Assembly: GCA_965213675.1 (NCBI GenBank)
Contig: OZ243916.1
Coordinates: 1,824,001-1,888,000 of the forward strand
Length of the DNA: 64,000 nucleotides
From: an uncultured Candidatus Binatia bacterium
GTDB taxonomy: Bacteria; Desulfobacterota; Binatia; UBA9968; JAJDTQ01
Direction: 5' to 3'
The translations under genes were made by a program, and so were the position numbers. The notes below the pieces were generated by a model. The model saw only the letters and a program-made list of their open reading frames with translations, was not told the DNA's origin and did not search any database. Shown piece by piece: positions 1 through 8,450 of the stretch. Every line of letters begins with the position of its first letter. Positions within the stretch are counted from its first letter, which is position 1.

Positions 1-251
1 CGCATTCTGCGGCGCCCAATGCCGCGGCCCTGTTCGTCGCCTACCTGCACACTCCGGAAGGTCAGAAGTGGATGTGGGACGTCAACGGCTTCGACTTCCA
101 CCTCTATCCGGAATCCAACGAGCGCAAGATCCTGGCGGACGCCCGCAGCCGCGGAGCCAAGGTGGTGGTGAACTCGCCGCAGTGGCTGGCGAGCGAGAAG
201 GACTACGTGAAGACCCGCAAGGAAATCGAGAAGATCCTGAAGGGCGAGTAG
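1..251 (+). CDS. ABC transporter substrate-binding protein (AfuA/Fe3+-thiamine-polyamine type), C-terminal part, truncated by window edge
   Basis: Frame 3 reads HSAAPNAAALFVAYLHTPEGQKW...EKILKGE* (TAG 249-251), matching the PNAAxLFxxxLxxxEGQ motif of this SBP class; lies upstream of a matching permease. Confidence 0.75.
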   Translation, partial: HSAAPNAAALFVAYLHTPEGQKWMWDVNGFDFHLYPESNERKILADARSRGAKVVVNSPQWLASEKDYVKTRKEIEKILKGE

Positions 252-270
252 CGCGCATTCTCATTTTATC

Positions 271-357
271 GCTCAGGGCCATCGCCGAACATGGCCCTGA
301 GCACTGGACTCTGAGCCGGGCCGGGTGTGTGTCAAACGGACAGGCGCCCGGCCCGGC
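271..357 (+). repeat. Two intergenic hairpins between SBP and permease genes
   Basis: GCTCAGGGCCAT-N8-ATGGCCCTGAGC (271-302, perfect 12-bp stem) and GCCGGGCCGGG...CCCGGCCCGGC (315-357). Confidence 0.7.
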
Positions 358-431
358 GACTCACAAGGACACGACAGAACAACCCAGGCCCGCGATCCGG
401 ACGTGGCCGGCCGCAACCTCATCGGGTCCCT

Positions 432-2171
432 ATGGAAGCTGTCCTGAAACGACCGTGGCGGCGTCTGTTCCGCCCCAAGGCATCACCCCTGATGATGGGG
501 CTGGCCGTAGTCCCCATGTTCGTGATTCTGGTGCTGGTGGCCGTGCTGGTGTGGATCAGCTTCCAGACAGGCATGTTGGGGACCTCCGAAGCCACCTACA
601 CGTATCGGAACTATCCGGAAATTCTGGGCGACCCGTTCGTAGCCAAGGTCACCTTCAACACCCTGATATTCACCGTGGCCACGACTCTCGTGGCACTGGC
701 CATCGGTCTGCCCATCGCTTGGCTCACCGAGCGCACGACCCTGCCGGGCAAGGGCTTGGTCTATACCATCATGACCTTGGGGCTTCTGATCCCGGGGATT
801 TACACGGCCATGGGCTGGACCTTCCTGGCACACCAGCGCATCGGTTTCCTCAATCGCTGGCTGGTCAGCATGTTCGGGCTTGAGTCCGGACCCATCAACA
901 TCGCGACCCCTGTGGGCATGGGTTTCGTCCAGGGCCTCAGCTTGGCGGCACTGGCGTTCATCCTCACCGCCCAGATGTTCCGCGCCATGAACCCGTCTCT
1001 GGAAGAGGCGGCGAAGATTCACGGCATGAGCTTCTTCGCCACCATGCGCCGCGTGACGTTGCCACTGGCCTTTCCGGCCATCCTTGCCGCGGTGATCTAC
1101 ATGGTGACCATCGCCATCGCCACCTTCGATATTCCGGCCATCATCGGCCTCGGAAATCGCGTGTATATGCTCAGCACGTTCGTCTACCTCAAGACCAACC
1201 CCGGGGATGACGAGTTCCCCGAGCACGGCATCACCGCGGCCCTGGGCGTTCTGATGATCGGCGTAGCGGTACTGCTCACCTGGTGGTACAGCAGTGTGTT
1301 GCGGCAGGGTCATCGCTATGAGGTCGTGACCGGAAAGGGCTATCGCCCCGCCCTCATCGACTTGGGACACTGGGGTCTGGCGGGCTGGAGCTTCATCGGC
1401 CTTTACATCCTGGCCTCGAAACTTCTGCCGTTGCTGTTGATCGCCTACGTCGCCGTAACCCCGTACCTCGCACCGCCTTCCTGGGCGATGCTCAACCGCG
1501 CGTCCCTCGCGGCCTTCTACAACGTCGACTGGGGCCTCGTATGGCGCGGCCTCCAAAACACCATCCTGCTGGTGGCGGTGGTGCCGACGCTCACGCTTGT
1601 CATCGCGTTCGCCGTTTCCTGGCTCATCGTCCGCTCGGGTTCGCGCTATCGTTATGCCCTGGAATTTGGCGCGTTCCTGCCCCACGCCCTGCCCGAAGTG
1701 ATCCTGGCCATCGCTGCCCTGCTGGTTTCACTGTTCGTGCTCAAGGACTTCATACCGCTCTACGGCTCCATATGGCTGATTGCCATTGTATACGTAGTAT
1801 CCAGGCTGGCCTTTGCCACCCGCGCACTCAACAGCTCCCTGCTGCAAATTCACAAGGAGCTTGAGGAGGCCGCCTATACCGCGGGGCTGTCCGCCGTGCG
1901 CACTTCCTGGCGTATCCTGGTGCCCCTGCTGCGCCCGACGATCCTGTCGGTGTGGATCTGGTCCGCCATCCTGGTCTACCGGGAACTCACCGTTGCCGTT
2001 TTCCTGATCAGCCACGACAACATTACCCTCCCGGCCGTCATATGGAGCTACTGGTTCTCCGGCGGCACCAATCTGGCGGCGGCCGTCACACTCGTAATGA
2101 CGGCGGTCCTGACGCCCCTCATCCTGGTCTTCTGGTGGTTCGGCCGGCGCTCACTGATGCCGGAATCGTAA
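432..2171 (+). CDS. ABC transporter permease, FbpB/AfuB type (two fused TM domains)
   Basis: Highly hydrophobic; two EAA loops (LEEAAKIHG, LEEAAYTAG); start placed at ATG 432 (MEAVLKRPW). Confidence 0.9.
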   Translation: MEAVLKRPWRRLFRPKASPLMMGLAVVPMFVILVLVAVLVWISFQTGMLGTSEATYTYRNYPEILGDPFVAKVTFNTLIFTVATTLVALAIGLPIAWLTERTTLPGKGLVYTIMTLGLLIPGIYTAMGWTFLAHQRIGFLNRWLVSMFGLESGPINIATPVGMGFVQGLSLAALAFILTAQMFRAMNPSLEEAAKIHGMSFFATMRRVTLPLAFPAILAAVIYMVTIAIATFDIPAIIGLGNRVYMLSTFVYLKTNPGDDEFPEHGITAALGVLMIGVAVLLTWWYSSVLRQGHRYEVVTGKGYRPALIDLGHWGLAGWSFIGLYILASKLLPLLLIAYVAVTPYLAPPSWAMLNRASLAAFYNVDWGLVWRGLQNTILLVAVVPTLTLVIAFAVSWLIVRSGSRYRYALEFGAFLPHALPEVILAIAALLVSLFVLKDFIPLYGSIWLIAIVYVVSRLAFATRALNSSLLQIHKELEEAAYTAGLSAVRTSWRILVPLLRPTILSVWIWSAILVYRELTVAVFLISHDNITLPAVIWSYWFSGGTNLAAAVTLVMTAVLTPLILVFWWFGRRSLMPES

Positions 2172-2215
2172 GCGGTCGCCGGGAGAGGCATTTGAACGGA
2201 CGACACGCCATTCAT

Positions 2216-2326
2216 GTCATTCCCGCGCAAGCTTGCCCTCGACCCCGATCGGGGGCGGGTATCCAGGGGTGGCGGGGGGCCAAACCCGCCCCACGCCACC
2301 TGGATTTTCGCTTGCGCCGGAATGAC
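2216..2326. repeat. REP-like palindromic element (GTCATTCCCGCG...GGAATGAC family)
   Basis: GTCATTCCCGCGCAAGC...GCGGGTATCCA pairs with TGGATTTTCGCTTGCGCCGGAATGAC; related half copy at 15256-15282. Confidence 0.7.
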
Positions 2327-2358
2327 GGCATTTCAGCTCTCGTTGAGACCGGACCGCG

Positions 2359-4605
2359 GTGATGACCGACTCCAAGATAGTCGGTGCTCCCGTCCTGCGC
2401 GCCGAAGGTCCCGACAAGGTCACCGGACGCACCCGCTACGCCGCGGACATTCCGCGCGAGGGGATGCTCTGGGGCAAGATCCTGCGGAGTCCCCACCCCC
2501 ACGCACGCATCCGCGGCATCGACGCCACGCGGGCCGGAAACGCACCGGGCGTCCGGGCCGTGGTCACGGGGCCGGACATCCCGAACCACTACATGGGCAA
2601 GCAGATCCGCGACCTGCCGGTGCTGTGCTGGGACCGCGTGCGCTACGCCGGCGACCGGGTGGCCGCGGTGGCGGCGGATACGCTGGAGCAGGCCGAAGCC
2701 GCGCTGGCGCTCATCGACGTGGACTACGAGGTGTTGCCCGCAGTGTTCGATCCCGTGGCCGCCACCGCGTCCGACGCGCCGCTGTTGCACCACGACGTCG
2801 CCGCCTACGACGGCGCGCCTCACGAACGGCTGGCCAGCGACGTGCGCAACGGCCTCACCCGCCTGTCCTGGAGCAAGGGGGACGTGGCGCAGGGTTTCCG
2901 CGACGCCGACCTGGTGCTGGAGCACACCTTCCGCATACCCGGCCGCCACCAGGGCTACATGGAGCCCCATGCCGGGCTTCTGGCCATCGATGCCGGCGGC
3001 CGCGTGCAGGTGTGGGCCTCCACCAAGGACCCGTTCCGCACCCGCCGCATGCTCGCCGATACCCTCGGCATGGAGCACCACCGCGTGCGCGTCCATTCGG
3101 TGAACGTGGGCGGAGAGTTCGGCGGCAAGGGCGACGCCCGCGACCTGCCCGTGGCGTACTTCCTGGCGCGGGAGTCCGGGCGGCCGGTGAAGATCGTCAT
3201 GACCTACGCCGAGGAGCTCACCGCCTGCAACCCGGACGAGGCCACGGTCATGACCATCCGCAGCGGCGTCACCCGCGATGGCCGCATCGTCGCCCGCCGT
3301 CTCAAGGCATGGCACGCCGGCGGCGCCTACGGCGGAACCAAGGCCAGCGCGTCCTTCGCGACATGGCATTACGCCGGCGGTCTTTACCGCGTGGAAAACG
3401 CGGAGTTCGAGTTCCTGCAGGTCTACACCAATACCACCCCCGGCGGTTACTACCGGAGTCCCGGCTCCATCCCCACGTTCTTCGCGCTGGAGTCCCACAC
3501 CGACATCCTCGCGCGGGAACTGGGCATGGACCCCGGCGAATTCCGGCTGCGAAACGTGCTGCGTCCCAACGAGAAGGACGCCATCGGCAAGCGCCTTCCC
3601 GGCCTTCAGGTCCACACGGTGCTGGCGCGGGCGCTGGAGGCGGCGGACTGGCGCGCGCCCCGGTCCGGCCCCCACCGCGGCCGCGGCGTGGCGATCTACG
3701 GCCGGCACATCTCCGGCGGCGAGACCGGCATCGCCGTCAGCGCCGGGACCGACGGAACGCTCACCGTGCTGACCCCCACCGTGGACCAGGGAACCGGGAC
3801 CCATACGATTCTGCGCCAGCTCGCGGCCGAGCAGATGCAACTGGAGCTGGAACGGGTGCGCGTGGCCACCGGCGACACCGACACCGTCCCCTACGACACC
3901 GGCGCCCGCGCCAGCCGCGTGACCTACGTCGCCGGTCTCGCGCTGGAGCGCGCCTGCAACGAGCTGCGCGACAAGCTGGCAGCCCACGCCGCGCGCTTGC
4001 TGGAGTGCGACCCCGGGGACGTGATCTACGCCCACGGCGCGTTCTCGCCGCGCACGGAGCCGGGCCAGAGCGTCACCCTGGCGCAGGTGGCGGCCCGGCA
4101 CCCGGACGACCGCACCGTCACCGTGGAAGAAGACTTCCGCTACCCCGACGAGACCACCTACGTGTGCGCGCAGGTTGCGGAGGTGGAGGTGGACCCCGAA
4201 ACCGGCGCCACCCGGGTCGAGCGCATCGTCACCGCCCACGACGTGGGCACTGTCATCAACCCCATCACGCACCAGGGGCAGATCGACGGCGGCGTGGTCA
4301 TGGGCCTGGGCCAGGCGGTGATGGAAGAACTCACCCTGGACAACGGCAAGGTGACCAACGCCAACCTGGGCGACTACAAGCTCCCCACCACCCGCGACAT
4401 ACCGCGCCTGAAAACGGTACTCGTGGAAACGGAGGGCGGACTCGCGCCCCACGGCGGCAAGGCCATCGGCGAGTTCGCCAACAACAACCCACCGGCGGCC
4501 ATCGCCAACGCCGTGGCCGACGCCGTGGGTGTGCGCCTGTTCGAGATGCCGGTGACGGCGGAGAGAGTATACCGCGGGCTCAAGGAACGAAGTCCGGCGA
4601 AATGA
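2359..4605 (+). CDS. Xanthine dehydrogenase family molybdopterin-binding (large) subunit
   Basis: KVTGRTRYAAD, LRSPHPHARI, GGEFGGK, DQGTG, GQIDGGVVMGLG, KAIGE motifs; 748 aa. Confidence 0.92.
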   Translation: MMTDSKIVGAPVLRAEGPDKVTGRTRYAADIPREGMLWGKILRSPHPHARIRGIDATRAGNAPGVRAVVTGPDIPNHYMGKQIRDLPVLCWDRVRYAGDRVAAVAADTLEQAEAALALIDVDYEVLPAVFDPVAATASDAPLLHHDVAAYDGAPHERLASDVRNGLTRLSWSKGDVAQGFRDADLVLEHTFRIPGRHQGYMEPHAGLLAIDAGGRVQVWASTKDPFRTRRMLADTLGMEHHRVRVHSVNVGGEFGGKGDARDLPVAYFLARESGRPVKIVMTYAEELTACNPDEATVMTIRSGVTRDGRIVARRLKAWHAGGAYGGTKASASFATWHYAGGLYRVENAEFEFLQVYTNTTPGGYYRSPGSIPTFFALESHTDILARELGMDPGEFRLRNVLRPNEKDAIGKRLPGLQVHTVLARALEAADWRAPRSGPHRGRGVAIYGRHISGGETGIAVSAGTDGTLTVLTPTVDQGTGTHTILRQLAAEQMQLELERVRVATGDTDTVPYDTGARASRVTYVAGLALERACNELRDKLAAHAARLLECDPGDVIYAHGAFSPRTEPGQSVTLAQVAARHPDDRTVTVEEDFRYPDETTYVCAQVAEVEVDPETGATRVERIVTAHDVGTVINPITHQGQIDGGVVMGLGQAVMEELTLDNGKVTNANLGDYKLPTTRDIPRLKTVLVETEGGLAPHGGKAIGEFANNNPPAAIANAVADAVGVRLFEMPVTAERVYRGLKERSPAK

Positions 4606-4777
4606 CGTCGCTGCATCCGGCGCGGCTCGGACCGGAAGGATTCCACTGCCCTCGCCTTGGGGGCTCGAGAATGGCGCCGCCTCGGAGAAACATCGGAAAC
4701 CGTTGGAGTTGGAATCGTTCAGGCAACCGGCACCGGGTTACGCTTGCCGCAAACCCCATCCGTAAGGGAGGAATGAC

Positions 4778-5521
4778 ATGCTGGAAGGCAAAGTGGTCGT
4801 GGTGACCGGAGGCGGCAAGGGCATCGGACGCCATGCCGCGCTGACGTTCGCGCGGGAAAAGGCCAGAGTCGCGATACTCGACGTGAGCCAGGAATGGCTC
4901 GACAAGACCGGCCCCGAGTTGGGGGAGCTGACCGACGCCCTGGGCATCCACGCCGACGTGCGCGACGAGAACGCGGTGCGGAGCGCCTTCGATCAAGTCG
5001 CTCAGCGCTTCGGCCAGATCGACGTCCTGGTGAACGACGCCGCCATCGTGCCGCACTTCGCCTGGGGCATCCCGCGGTGGCCGCTGATCCGCGACATGGA
5101 CCTGTCCTACTGGAACCGCGTCATCGAGACCAACCTGGGCGGCACCTTCGTGTGCTCCAAGCATGTGCTGGCGCACATGGAGCCACGCCGCTCCGGACAC
5201 ATCATCAACCTGTACGGCGGCGGCGGCGTCTCGCCCGGCGGCGCCTGCGCCTACGTGGTCACCAAGGACGCCATCTGGACGTTCAGCCGCTACCTGGCGG
5301 AAGAAGTCCGTGAATCCAACGTGTGCGTCGTCACCTTCTCGCCCCGCGTACCCATCGTCACCGAGGGCGCCCCGGAGGACGCCTTCACGCGCCTCCCGAC
5401 CCCGGAGGTCCTGGGCCAAGGCTTCGTCCTGGCGGCTCAGGCGCCCATGGAGCAATCCGGGCGACTGTTCTACTACGAGGACGGGAAACTGGTGGAGGGG
5501 AAAGACGGTCGATACGAATAG
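4778..5521 (+). CDS. SDR family oxidoreductase
   Basis: TGGGKGIG Rossmann motif, DVLVNDAA, YVVTK catalytic motif; GGAGG RBS. Confidence 0.9.
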   Translation: MLEGKVVVVTGGGKGIGRHAALTFAREKARVAILDVSQEWLDKTGPELGELTDALGIHADVRDENAVRSAFDQVAQRFGQIDVLVNDAAIVPHFAWGIPRWPLIRDMDLSYWNRVIETNLGGTFVCSKHVLAHMEPRRSGHIINLYGGGGVSPGGACAYVVTKDAIWTFSRYLAEEVRESNVCVVTFSPRVPIVTEGAPEDAFTRLPTPEVLGQGFVLAAQAPMEQSGRLFYYEDGKLVEGKDGRYE

Positions 5522-5572
5522 AACCCCGCGTCGACGCGGGTATCCGGGCCTGGGGGCCTGCGCCGCGGGCTC

Positions 5573-5806
5573 TCAGGCCCGGCCGCCCGTGCGTTCGATG
5601 ACGGTTTCCATACCCTTGATGATACCCTCCAATGCCCGCATGGCTTCGGTGTGACGGGTATCCTGTGCGCGCATGGCTTCGGCGTGACGGGCGTCCTCGC
5701 GAGCGGCCCGTTGGTCTCCGGCCCGGCGCATCTGCCAGATACCGAACCAAATGGACCCGACGGCGCCGGCGCTGACGATCAGTGACAGGGTTTCGTAGAC
5801 GGTCAT
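5573..5806 (-). CDS. Small hypothetical protein, single N-terminal TM helix plus coiled-coil-like tail
   Basis: Strong RBS (GAGGAGGGGGAG) before ATG; hydrophobic LSLIVSAGAVGSIWFGIW; internal repeat DARHAEAMRA/DTRHTEAMRA. Confidence 0.65.
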   Translation of the reverse strand: MTVYETLSLIVSAGAVGSIWFGIWQMRRAGDQRAAREDARHAEAMRAQDTRHTEAMRALEGIIKGMETVIERTGGRA

Positions 5807-5980
5807 GGCATCTCCCCCTCCTCAACTCCTACCACGCCGCAACCAGGAAACAATACCAAGCACGCGGTCGAACTGCCGAACGAACCGGACTTCGTACAGA
5901 CACAAGGTTGAAACGAACACATGGCCGTTGCCCGCTGGACCGAAGCATCGAACGAATGCCATAGGCGATGGCGCCGGCCG

Positions 5981-6901
5981 CTACCTTCCGGCCAGCGACC
6001 CATCCGCCGGCCCAAGGACCGCAACCATGTCCTGGTAGGTGGCGAGGCCGAAACGGGCTTCCATCTCTTCGCGCCAGATGGCGTCCAGAGCTTCGCGCAC
6101 GTCCAGGGGCAGGGTGTTGGCGTGATCGCCCACCCGGCCGCTTCGGACCTTGGACGAGGAGCCACCCGGGGGCAGGCCGGCGGCGGCATTGCGCGCCTCG
6201 CGCACCACGTGGTCGTCGAACCGCGAGCCGTGAGCCTTCATGAAGTCGATGGAGGACTGGCGGACGACGATATCCAGGAGAGCGCCGTCCAGCGGACAGC
6301 CGATGAAGCGGGCGATGCGGCGCACCGTGCCGGCGACGTCGGCCAACGCTGATTCATAGGCCAGCATCAGCACGTCTTCGCGCCCACGTTGCGGCCACCA
6401 CGACGCCACGTGCTTCCAGTAACCCCGGTCCCGCTCCGGGGCCAGGAAGAAGTTGCGGGCGTAGTCGGCCATGGCGATGGCGCCGGTCTCGAAGCGCCAG
6501 CCCTCGTGGAAGTGATAGAGCGACACGAGCACGTCCCTGGGGTCGCGCACCATGGAGATGTAGCGCCCCCCCTTGGGCACGTCGTGCCAGCTCAGGTGGC
6601 TCTTGAAGGCGCGGGGCTCGGCCACTTGGGGTGCCTCGGGGTCGATGCCCAGGTCCTGGGCCAGTTCGAGCCACGGCGCCACCAGGGTAATCTCGTCGAA
6701 GTCCATGGAGCCGCGGGTCCGCAGTCCGTGCACGATCTGTTGCAGCCACGTGGTGCCGCACTTGGGGAAGGTGGCGATGAGAACGTCGGTGGGACGCGGC
6801 CGGAACGCCAGCGCCGCGGCGCGGCTGGCCATGCTGCCGATGCCGCCGCGGTAGGACGCCATCTCGGCCACTGATCGGGCGCGCTTGAGAACGGGTGTCA
6901 C
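5981..6901 (-). CDS. PAPS-dependent sulfotransferase (Sulfotransfer_1 / cytosolic SULT-like)
   Basis: 5'-PSB motif TFPKCGTTW, KSHL, 3'-PB motif RDPRDVLVSLYHF, C-terminal VRSGRVGD; GTG start overlaps upstream TGA. Confidence 0.9.
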   Translation of the reverse strand: MTPVLKRARSVAEMASYRGGIGSMASRAAALAFRPRPTDVLIATFPKCGTTWLQQIVHGLRTRGSMDFDEITLVAPWLELAQDLGIDPEAPQVAEPRAFKSHLSWHDVPKGGRYISMVRDPRDVLVSLYHFHEGWRFETGAIAMADYARNFFLAPERDRGYWKHVASWWPQRGREDVLMLAYESALADVAGTVRRIARFIGCPLDGALLDIVVRQSSIDFMKAHGSRFDDHVVREARNAAAGLPPGGSSSKVRSGRVGDHANTLPLDVREALDAIWREEMEARFGLATYQDMVAVLGPADGSLAGR

Positions 6902-8325
6902 CAGTCCCGGTTGATGAACGCCAGCATCCGCTCGGCGCCGTCCCTTTCCTGGAACTGCGCGTAGGCGCGCCGCCGCTGGTTGTCCGGGTCGCCGCTCTGC
7001 AGACGCTCGTAGAGTTGCCCGCGCTTGCCGAACGGCGTCATGACGAGATCCGCCGCCACCGCCAGGAGTCTCAGGTGTTCCCGGGTGCTGGGTGCGCAGC
7101 CGCGAAAGAAACGCTCCACCAGCGGCCCCAACTCCTCATCGGCCAGGTCCGAGCCGCCGCCGGTGAGCACCAGCGAACTGGTCAGCAGTCCCTCCATGTT
7201 CTCCACGGCCCGGTCGCACGCCTCGATGCTGTGCACCCGGTAGGCGGGGGTGAGACGCGGCGCCCACATGCCGCCGTCGGTCCGGAACGCGCGCGCCTCG
7301 CCCATGGCCACGCAATCGCGCAGGATTTCCAGGTCCTTGACGAACGAGGCCAGCCGGAGCTGCGCGTTGGGGTTCTTGTGACGGCCGGACCATTCGGTCA
7401 GGAGTTGGGAAACCGCGAGGAACGTTTCGAGCTTGATGATGAGCCGCACCAAGGTGGCGTAGGCCGCCCAGGTCTGGATGCTCCGGTGAAAGCCGGCCAC
7501 AAGGGCGGGCGCGCGGTAGGCGAACACCCGGTTCCACGGCACCAGCACGTCGTCAAAGATGAGCGTGGCGTCCACTTCGTCGAAGCGGGCGGTGATGGGA
7601 AAGCGCTCCGGGTCGGCGTGCTCGGCGTAAAGGTCGCGACAGACGATCTTGAGGCCCGGCGCGTTCATGGGGATGGCGAAGGCCAGGGCGTAGTCCGGTT
7701 CGTCCAGGTCCCGCGGCCGGTTGGGGTACACCAGCGCCTCGTCGGACAGGGGCGCCAGGGTCGCCAGGTTCCGGAGACCGCGCACCACCGGCCCGCCCGA
7801 GGTCTCCCGCACCACGTGCAGAACCAGGTCCGGATCGGGCTGCTCGCTCACCCGCCTGGAGTGGTCGTAGAACTGGTCCTGCAGGGCATGGGTAAGGCAC
7901 AGGTCGCCGGCGATGCAGTGACGATAGTAGGCGCGGGCGTTCTCGCCCCAGCGCGGATCGTGGGCCGCCAACGTGCCGGCGATGTCGAGCATGCCCACCA
8001 CCAACTCGGCGCAGAACTCCGGGTAGCGGCCCATCTGGCCGAAGGTCTCCCGGGACCATAGCTCGATGTTGCCGCGTTTGGCCTGAAGCTCCTCCGCGTT
8101 CACCGGCGGCAGGTAGCTCAGGGAAATGCGTTCACCGTCCCGCTCCACGGTCATGGCGTCGCCGTCTTCCGCGGACGCCTGCCGGTCGTAGAGATCCGCC
8201 AGGGTCCGGATGGAACCCGTGAAGCCGGGATGGACGGTCACGTCCTCGATGCGCTTGCCCGCGTGCCACACCTCGCGGCCGTCGCGCAACGACTCGATGT
8301 AGTTCCTGCCGGTTCGAATGGCCAT
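6898..8325 (-). CDS. 4-hydroxyphenylacetate 3-hydroxylase family (HpaB-like) FADH2-dependent monooxygenase
   Basis: MAIRTGRNYIESLRDGREVW...G.RIEDVTVHPGF N-terminus, RFDEVDATLIFDDVLVPWNRVF motif; AGGAG RBS before ATG 8325. Confidence 0.88.
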   Translation of the reverse strand: MAIRTGRNYIESLRDGREVWHAGKRIEDVTVHPGFTGSIRTLADLYDRQASAEDGDAMTVERDGERISLSYLPPVNAEELQAKRGNIELWSRETFGQMGRYPEFCAELVVGMLDIAGTLAAHDPRWGENARAYYRHCIAGDLCLTHALQDQFYDHSRRVSEQPDPDLVLHVVRETSGGPVVRGLRNLATLAPLSDEALVYPNRPRDLDEPDYALAFAIPMNAPGLKIVCRDLYAEHADPERFPITARFDEVDATLIFDDVLVPWNRVFAYRAPALVAGFHRSIQTWAAYATLVRLIIKLETFLAVSQLLTEWSGRHKNPNAQLRLASFVKDLEILRDCVAMGEARAFRTDGGMWAPRLTPAYRVHSIEACDRAVENMEGLLTSSLVLTGGGSDLADEELGPLVERFFRGCAPSTREHLRLLAVAADLVMTPFGKRGQLYERLQSGDPDNQRRRAYAQFQERDGAERMLAFINRDW

Positions 8326-8450
8326 GACCCTGATCTCCTGCCGAGACCCGCGTGAACCACGCGCGCGAATCTGTTTGATCGTTTTCGAGCTGAACGAGAA
8401 GCGGCTATGAAGAATGGGACGAGCGCACACCCGTCGCCGGCATACCCGTC

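Noticed and set aside
2359-4605. Aerobic CO dehydrogenase CoxL
   Set aside because: Lacks AYRCSFR/AYRGAGR active-site motifs and cox accessory genes
5525-5582. Palindrome CCCGCGTCGACGCGGG and adjacent GC stem
   Set aside because: Most simply terminator-like structure between convergent genes; no further evidence
5865-5960. Repeated CGAAC words resembling a LexA box or short array
   Set aside because: Spacing does not fit GAAC-N7-GAAC or GAAC-N4-GTTC; irregular, no repeat-spacer structure
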